DNA from: Candidatus Aminicenantes bacterium
Lineage (GTDB): Bacteria > Acidobacteriota > Aminicenantia > UBA2199
DNA: 64,000 nt
Reading direction: 5' to 3'
Assembly: GCA_029938635.1 (NCBI GenBank)
Contig: JAOZUQ010000003.1
Span: forward strand, 34,786 to 98,785
The notes below the pieces were generated by a model that did not search any database, was not told where the DNA came from, and saw only the letters and a list, made by a program, of their open reading frames with translations. Within the stretch, counting starts at the first letter, position 1, and the number at the start of each line of letters is the position of its first letter. Both the position numbers and the translations under genes were made by a program. Positions 39,875 through 45,644 of the stretch are shown here, piece by piece.

Positions 39875-41832
39875 TTTTTTTTTAATTTAATAACTTTCGT
39901 AAAGTCCTTTACTACCCTGGCGATCTCTCCACTCTTATCAAATTTAATGATATAGAACGGAACTGCATTTACCAACCGGTCCAGTGTTGCAAGTGTTTTA
40001 TCCCACCAGTCCGAAGTGACCAGCGGCTGCATGATCCGGGGCATGATCCTTGTGATGATCTCCTGGGTGTCCTCTAACGTTATGATCTCATTCACATTCG
40101 ATTTTTCAAGAAACAATATTGCTTTGAGGGGCACTTCTCCGTTTGAGACCTCATGGATATCCCCATGGCTCCATGTACCATGGACCCGGAATCCATCCGG
40201 CCATTTCCGGATGATATTGTATTCATCACAGAGGAGCGTGCCCTCTTCTTCAAGAAGGGTAGAAATAGTAGACTTTCCGGCTGTCGATTTGCCGGAAAAA
40301 ACAAGTCCCGTTTGGTCAATAACCATGGCCGAGGAATGGAGTGTCAGAGCCTCCCGGTCGGCAAAGATCCGGCTCAGCAGCAGTTGGTCCGAAGGGAATA
40401 GGGAAAGTGCATGCTGTGGGGATCCGAAGATCAGATCGTGACTTTTGAGATAAATTTCAGCCAGGGTGTGATCATCATTAAATATTACAATACGCCTTGG
40501 GGGATCATTTTCTCTGTTTTCAAGTATCTCCCTGTACAACCACGATTTGTTCTTCCGGTATATTGCCCAGGGGATCTTCCTGTATATCTCTTCTCCCGAA
40601 TCTTCAATAGACAATTCGGGGATTTCAAAGTGATACCGGATCAATACAATGTCATCGCCCGGTTCTTCCATCCTGAATTGTTCAAATTTCGGGAGGAAGG
40701 AATCTTTTTCAAACGGAAGGTCGGAATCCACCTGAATGGTCACGCCACCGATCTCATAATATCGTCTGTGGTTTTTTTCCCACTCTTTTTTATATTCCAC
40801 TTTTTTGTCTGTAATTTCACATAAATATTTTAAAGGTAAATCATACTTCCCATGTTCCAGCCATGAATAGACCGGGCACCAATTACACAATTCTTTATTA
40901 TCACAGGATCCGCAATGCTCCCAATACTCCTCTCCCCCCCTGATTTTCTCTCCGATAGAGGGGATAAATTTTTCCCACCCTTCTTCAAATGTCCCCTTTA
41001 TAATGTCATATCTAAGTTCAGGATCTTTGACAAAGATACAATTGGCCATTTTCCCGTAAGGATCGATATGGAATGAGTTCCTTGTGGAGACACATTTATG
41101 AAGAAGTCTGTCATCTGGATTTGTTTTAAGATTATTCTGATCACTCTCAAGCAATTTGTGTTTTGAATTATATCTGGGATTGGGGGGATCAAGCGCAACC
41201 ACCTGTTCCGGTGTCAGCCGCTGATCTTCGATCTCCCGGTTCATAGATGCTGATCGGCAGGCGGAATAAAAAAGCCAGGATGATCCGATCCGCCAGGAGG
41301 AGCTCAGGGATTTTGCCAGTTTGGTCATTTCATCCAGCTGATGGAAACTGTCTTTCATCGGTACGACCTGAACAGTAAATCCCGCTCCCGCCTCTTTTAA
41401 AAAAGAGAATCCTTTCATGGCTTTCTCAAATGATCCTGGTTCCCGGGTGATGTGGTCATGGACCGCTGCATCCGCCCCGTAAAGGGCAATCATTTTACTC
41501 CCCTTCCGTTTCATCAATTCTGCAATTTCCGGAGTGATTTTAGTCCCGTTGGTATTGATCGTATATGTTAAGAACTTTGAAGTGAGGTAATCGAATATCT
41601 CAGTAAAATCAGGATGGAGCATGGGTTCCCCACCGGAGACCACCCACTCACGTGTTCCCATGGCCCTGGCCTGATCAAAAATCATTTTCCACTGATCAAA
41701 TCTCAGCTCACTCTTTTTTGCTGTTGAATCCTCACCCAGCCAGAGCCAGCAATGTCTGCAGGTGTTGTTGCAGCGGTAAGTCAGGTCAATGCTTCCCTCC
41801 AGGGGAAGTCTCGGGATCTTGTTATTACTCAT
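39871..41832 (-). CDS. Fusion protein: N-terminal radical SAM/SPASM enzyme plus C-terminal HPr-kinase-like P-loop domain
   Basis: 653 aa with C21/C25/C28 in LTYRCNNTCRHC. SPASM-type Cys at 247, 265, 307, 310, 316, 319 and 338. The C-terminal 300 aa or so contain LHSSAMVIDQTGLVFSGKSTAGKSTISTLLEEEGTLLCDEYNII. The P-loop maps to nt 40267-40293 and matches the HprK-like pattern LHA.av...G.a.lf.G.SG.GKSTl...L...G..l.sDd. Confidence 0.85.
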   Translation of the reverse strand: MSNNKIPRLPLEGSIDLTYRCNNTCRHCWLWLGEDSTAKKSELRFDQWKMIFDQARAMGTREWVVSGGEPMLHPDFTEIFDYLTSKFLTYTINTNGTKITPEIAELMKRKGSKMIALYGADAAVHDHITREPGSFEKAMKGFSFLKEAGAGFTVQVVPMKDSFHQLDEMTKLAKSLSSSWRIGSSWLFYSACRSASMNREIEDQRLTPEQVVALDPPNPRYNSKHKLLESDQNNLKTNPDDRLLHKCVSTRNSFHIDPYGKMANCIFVKDPELRYDIIKGTFEEGWEKFIPSIGEKIRGGEEYWEHCGSCDNKELCNWCPVYSWLEHGKYDLPLKYLCEITDKKVEYKKEWEKNHRRYYEIGGVTIQVDSDLPFEKDSFLPKFEQFRMEEPGDDIVLIRYHFEIPELSIEDSGEEIYRKIPWAIYRKNKSWLYREILENRENDPPRRIVIFNDDHTLAEIYLKSHDLIFGSPQHALSLFPSDQLLLSRIFADREALTLHSSAMVIDQTGLVFSGKSTAGKSTISTLLEEEGTLLCDEYNIIRKWPDGFRVHGTWSHGDIHEVSNGEVPLKAILFLEKSNVNEIITLEDTQEIITRIMPRIMQPLVTSDWWDKTLATLDRLVNAVPFYIIKFDKSGEIARVVKDFTKVIKLKKK

Positions 41833-41900
41833 TTTAACGGCAGATCTTAATTTGTTTTTAACAATTAATCAAGTTCAGCAAATCCGGATCTATATTTAAA

Positions 41901-42677
41901 TTATACCCTTTTCTTTAATAAAGCGCAGGCATTGTTGGAATTTTCAGGAAAGATAAAATCGATCACCTGAAAACCGGCTTCATCGAATTCAGAGATCAGA
42001 TTTTCCTTGTCATAGAATGCATGAAGGAATTCAAGGTTATCTTTGTAGATATCTCCTTTTTCATATGTTGTATTTCCGAATGTGATTCGGGATAAAAACT
42101 TCCCCAGTTTCCACCTCAAATTTCCCCCTGCAGCTGATGGATTCCAGTAGAAAAAGCAGGCGATAAAACCATCCGATTTCAACATCTCACCAGACCATTT
42201 CAGGTTTTTTATACGTTTCTTCCTTCCGGGAATCGATGAATAGATGGAGCAGGAGTACCATATAACATCAAAACTATCAGGATCGACATTAATATTGGCT
42301 ATATCTGAATGAATTCCCTTGATCTCAATTCCGGCCTCTTTTCCATTTTCAATAGCTTTATCCAAAAGTTCCTTCACAAAATCGACACCGGTGATATTAA
42401 ACCCGGCCTTACCCAGGACAAGCGCTTCCCGGCCTCCCCCGATTCCGAGCAGGAGTAGATTCCCTTTTTTTTTATTTAATAATTCAAAGACCTCTTTTTC
42501 TCCCGGGAAAAACCCCTGATTTACAAAATTTTTATCCCCCCAGAATTCTGCAGAATTTGTTGTATTGTAGGATTGCTTACTAATTCTTTTTAGTTGAGAA
42601 GGTCTGAGAAGAAAAACCGGTGAGTTCTGAAGAAACTTTCCTAATTTATTTATAAAAAAGGTAATTGGAATTCTCAA
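41901..42677 (-). CDS. Class I SAM-dependent methyltransferase
   Basis: 258 aa with motif I LLLGIGGGREALVLGKAGFNITGVDF. Apparent TTG start; there is no in-frame ATG near the N-terminus. Confidence 0.8.
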   Translation of the reverse strand: MRIPITFFINKLGKFLQNSPVFLLRPSQLKRISKQSYNTTNSAEFWGDKNFVNQGFFPGEKEVFELLNKKKGNLLLLGIGGGREALVLGKAGFNITGVDFVKELLDKAIENGKEAGIEIKGIHSDIANINVDPDSFDVIWYSCSIYSSIPGRKKRIKNLKWSGEMLKSDGFIACFFYWNPSAAGGNLRWKLGKFLSRITFGNTTYEKGDIYKDNLEFLHAFYDKENLISEFDEAGFQVIDFIFPENSNNACALLKKRV

Positions 42678-42707
42678 TGATCATTCCGTTCTATTCAGAG
42701 AAAAATA

Positions 42708-42911
42708 TTAACTTTGACCCCTGGCGTTGCAGGCAGCACAATTTGCAGTATCGACCGCACCGCATTCCTGAATAGTATTTCCCGGATCAAGTGGAATTCC
42801 TGCACCATTCTGTTTGCACCGGGTAAGAATAAATTCCTCGGGAGTCAGGCGGCTGAGTATTTTTAATTTCGGGGTTGTCCACTTTACTCGTTTCATATTT
42901 GTAATATACAT
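42708..42911 (-). CDS. Candidate RiPP precursor peptide (67 aa, or 62 aa from the ATG at 42896)
   Basis: First gene of the operon. Sequence is MYITNMKRVKWTTPKLKILSRLTPEEFILTRCKQNGAGIPLDPGNTIQECGAVDTANCAACNARGQS. The N-terminal half is basic and Leu-rich with a WxxPxL motif. The C-terminal half is G/A/N/D/T-rich with Cys at 32, 50, 58 and 61 and a terminal Ser. Confidence 0.6.
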   Translation of the reverse strand: MYITNMKRVKWTTPKLKILSRLTPEEFILTRCKQNGAGIPLDPGNTIQECGAVDTANCAACNARGQS

Positions 42912-42931
42912 AATATAACCTTTGATGTCAA
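42903..42931 (-). promoter_or_regulatory. Possible sigma70-like promoter of the RiPP operon
   Basis: Reverse strand reads TTGACA (42931-42926), 17 nt, TATATT (42908-42903). If used, transcription would start about at the second ATG (42896). An alternative, TTCAAA-17 nt-AATAAT, lies further upstream, so this is uncertain. Confidence 0.3.
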
Positions 42932-43041
42932 CAATAAAGTTTAAGAATTGTTAAAAACATTATTTTTGATTTTTTCTCAGATTTGAAGCTAATTACACCT
43001 CTTTTATTAAAGAATTTGAACATGATATAATATAATCCTTT

Positions 43042-43929
43042 ATGAACATTGATGAATCTATCAATACACTTCTGGATACGGAATTTCCGGGATTATTTTC
43101 AGAAATAAAAGAGATCATTGAAACATCTGAGCAATCATTTGATTCAAAGATGAAGGACTCTCACTTGTGGGAACACACCCTTAATGTTTCCTCAATCACA
43201 TTAAGGTTAGCCAGGAAAGAGAAAACAGATGCATTGCCGGTTGTACTCGCAGCACTATTCCACGATTCCGGGAAATTCTCCGAAGGCACTTATCATAAAG
43301 ATGATGTCCCCGAGGAATCTGTGAGTATAAAAATAGCTGAAAGTACTATGAAAAAGTTTAATGTCCCGGGTGAACAAATAGAGATCATAGTCGAAGCAAT
43401 AAACGCCCTCTATATGGAGGGAGCCAGAAGAAATAAATTGACAGATATAATACACGATGCAGATTTTCTTTCAAAATCAGGCCCGCTGGGGATAGGAGAA
43501 TTTTTTATTAAAGGTGCTATCAGAGGTAACAATCTTATTAACAGACTGGTCAATGCTGCATCCAAAGAACTTACTTATTCAGAAAACATGTCTGGCAATA
43601 TGAGAACTGCCTCCGGTAAGATAATGGCCAGAAAAGATAAATCTTTCACCCGAAAATTTTTTCTGACACTCTTTTCAGATATTAAAAGGAAAGGAATTAT
43701 TGATCTTGTTATTAAGGACCTGAAAATAAAGACAGAAAAATGTAAAAAACTCATTAAAATAGTAGCGATATCAGAGAGGGTCTGCCGGAATTGCGGTCAC
43801 AAGCCTGACTTCAAAACTTCATTCGAATCAGGAATAAAATGTGAAAAAATAATCCTTACCCTTTCCTGCAATAAATGCAATGAAGAGATCAGGGATATAT
43901 CTTTTTGCCTTCCTGAGATATGTAATTAG
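43042..43929 (+). CDS. HD-domain phosphohydrolase-like protein with a C-terminal 4-Cys zinc ribbon
   Basis: 295 aa with H...HD (AALFHDSGK) and a downstream IHDADF. C-terminal CRNCGH...CNKCNEE. Divergent from the precursor gene. Confidence 0.7.
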   Translation: MNIDESINTLLDTEFPGLFSEIKEIIETSEQSFDSKMKDSHLWEHTLNVSSITLRLARKEKTDALPVVLAALFHDSGKFSEGTYHKDDVPEESVSIKIAESTMKKFNVPGEQIEIIVEAINALYMEGARRNKLTDIIHDADFLSKSGPLGIGEFFIKGAIRGNNLINRLVNAASKELTYSENMSGNMRTASGKIMARKDKSFTRKFFLTLFSDIKRKGIIDLVIKDLKIKTEKCKKLIKIVAISERVCRNCGHKPDFKTSFESGIKCEKIILTLSCNKCNEEIRDISFCLPEICN

Positions 43930-43930
43930 A

Positions 43931-45019
43931 TTATCTTCTGCCTGAGTTAGAGGAATTACCCAGATATTTCGGCCATTGTGCTTTTTTAGATAATGTTCCC
44001 TTAGTTTTTAAAACATAGATATTTTTGTCAAGAGAACAGGAAATAAGTATTTTTTTATCCGGCATTATAACAAGTGGCCTCCTAACAAAGTCACCAGCTT
44101 TATATTTCCACAATATTTCTCCGGTATAAGAGAAACAAAAAATATTCCCGGAACTGTTTCCAGCATAAATATTCCCCTTTGAATCAATGACCGGGGTAGC
44201 ATTAAAGGACCCCTTCCCCTCTTTTTTCCATCTGAGTTTCCCGTTTTCTGTAATTGAATAAAAGAATCTGTCATAACTCCCGAAATAAACATTCCCATTT
44301 ACATCTATAACAGGTGAAGAAATTATCCACCTGCCTGTTTTAAATTTCCATATTAATTTTCCATTTTTTCCGATCTTATACAGATTGTGATCCATACTTG
44401 TAAGATAAACTGATCCGTCAGATGCGATTGCCGGTGAAGAAAAAATAACCCCCTTCGTTTTGAATTCCCATTTTTTTTCACCATCAGGTGTAACAGCAAG
44501 CAACAACTTGTTCTTCATTGGAATGAGGATCAAACCTTCACTATAGACAGGAGAAGAGAAACACTCATTATCAAACTTCTTTTCCCACACCTTTTTTCCT
44601 TTATTCTTATCAAATGCAAAAATTCTCCCTTTTTCAGAAACAACAATAATCCTGTTATCTATCAATAGAGGAGTTGACCTTAAATTTGATCCGGTGTTAA
44701 TCTCTATCAATTTCTCACCTTTCATATTGAGTTTAATAAGTTTTCCATCCTGCAATGTGATAAAAATATTTCCCTTCTTATCAATGACGGGTGATGAAAA
44801 GATCGCTGAACCTGAATTGAAAGACCAGAGTAGTTTAGAATCAGAATTAAAGCAGAGGATATCTCCGTTCTTTACACCTGTAATTATTTTTTCTTCATAA
44901 ACCGCAGGTGATCCGATTATTTCAGCTTTAATTCCCTGTTTCCAGATAAGGTTCGAAGGATTGATGAACAATGGGAAAAAGATAAACAACAACAATAAAG
45001 ATATTTTAGTTTTCAGCAT
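43931..45019 (-). CDS. PQQ-like beta-propeller repeat protein (BamB-fold), secreted
   Basis: 362 aa with a signal peptide and about 7-8 repeats of G..lW.f.t...i.SSPvid..GniY.gs.d..ly. Confidence 0.75.
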   Translation of the reverse strand: MLKTKISLLLLFIFFPLFINPSNLIWKQGIKAEIIGSPAVYEEKIITGVKNGDILCFNSDSKLLWSFNSGSAIFSSPVIDKKGNIFITLQDGKLIKLNMKGEKLIEINTGSNLRSTPLLIDNRIIVVSEKGRIFAFDKNKGKKVWEKKFDNECFSSPVYSEGLILIPMKNKLLLAVTPDGEKKWEFKTKGVIFSSPAIASDGSVYLTSMDHNLYKIGKNGKLIWKFKTGRWIISSPVIDVNGNVYFGSYDRFFYSITENGKLRWKKEGKGSFNATPVIDSKGNIYAGNSSGNIFCFSYTGEILWKYKAGDFVRRPLVIMPDKKILISCSLDKNIYVLKTKGTLSKKAQWPKYLGNSSNSGRR

Positions 45020-45021
45020 AT

Positions 45022-45052
45022 GATTAATAAAGGGGCGGGTGTTCCCCGCCCC
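45022..45052 (-). terminator. GC-rich hairpin terminator/attenuator between the OMP and propeller genes
   Basis: GGGGCGGG-tgtt-CCCCGCCCC (45032-45052). On the minus strand it is followed by TTTATT. Confidence 0.5.
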
Positions 45053-45060
45053 TTATATTT

Positions 45061-45630
45061 TTAAATATCAAATTTTACGGCAAGACCTGCAAGCAACCTG
45101 ATCCCGCCTGAATTGACGCTATTTATAAATGGCTTCACCTCAAGGAAAAGATAGTCAACTTCACCGGTAATAAAAAAGCTCTTACTCAGCGGGAAACTTA
45201 TCCCGCCGCCTAAAATTATCCCTGAACCTTTTTCGGAAAATTCATATTTCCCCATTTCTTCAGAAGTAAAACTATTTTTTACAGTGTAATAACCGTATCC
45301 AAGTTTCAGATATGGTACCAGTTTTTCGGATTTGAATTTGTATTCTGCAAAGAGTTGAAATCCTGAGATCTCCAGAGTTGCCACATCATCAAAGATCCCC
45401 ACATCCCCATCCTTTTTGTATCCGCCTTCATATCCTATTCCCAGTGAGAACTGACCTGCAATACCGAAACTAATGTAAGTATTATAAACAAATCCGTTTC
45501 CATAAGTTTCATTCAGATCTGAATTTGATACCATCCCCAATCCGAGTCCGACACCTCCGGTTAAAGTCATTGAATAAGAGTATGAGACTACAAAAACTAC
45601 TGCCAATAATGTATAGATAATTCTTTTCAT
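45061..45630 (-). CDS. Small outer-membrane beta-barrel protein
   Basis: 189 aa with a signal peptide, alternating hydrophobic/Gly-rich strands and an aromatic-containing C-terminus (LAVKFDI). Confidence 0.55.
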   Translation of the reverse strand: MKRIIYTLLAVVFVVSYSYSMTLTGGVGLGLGMVSNSDLNETYGNGFVYNTYISFGIAGQFSLGIGYEGGYKKDGDVGIFDDVATLEISGFQLFAEYKFKSEKLVPYLKLGYGYYTVKNSFTSEEMGKYEFSEKGSGIILGGGISFPLSKSFFITGEVDYLFLEVKPFINSVNSGGIRLLAGLAVKFDI

Positions 45631-45644
45631 TCTGTATTCCTCCG

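Noticed and set aside
40016-40824. Cluster of long antisense ORFs (141, 82 and 137 aa) opposite the rSAM-HprK fusion gene
   Set aside because: They are explained by the locally higher G+C, which makes stop codons rarer. No motifs are present, and the sense-strand protein has unambiguous rSAM/SPASM/P-loop motifs.
36785-41832. Alternative readings of the rSAM genes: an anaerobic sulfatase-maturating enzyme for the sulfatase-like gene at 446, a PQQ operon, a mycofactocin locus or a lasso-peptide locus
   Set aside because: The sulfatase-like protein lacks the C/S-x-P-x-R substrate motif and lies 35 kb away. There are no PqqB/PqqC genes, and the peptide lacks the PqqA Glu/Tyr pair context. It has no mycofactocin-type C-terminal GVY and there are no MftD/E/F-like genes. 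There is no asparagine-synthetase-like lasso cyclase and no transglutaminase-like protease.
43931-45019. PQQ-repeat protein as evidence for PQQ biosynthesis or use linked to the PqqD-like gene
   Set aside because: The PQQ label refers only to the beta-propeller repeat fold. No quinoprotein dehydrogenase active-site features or pqq genes are visible.
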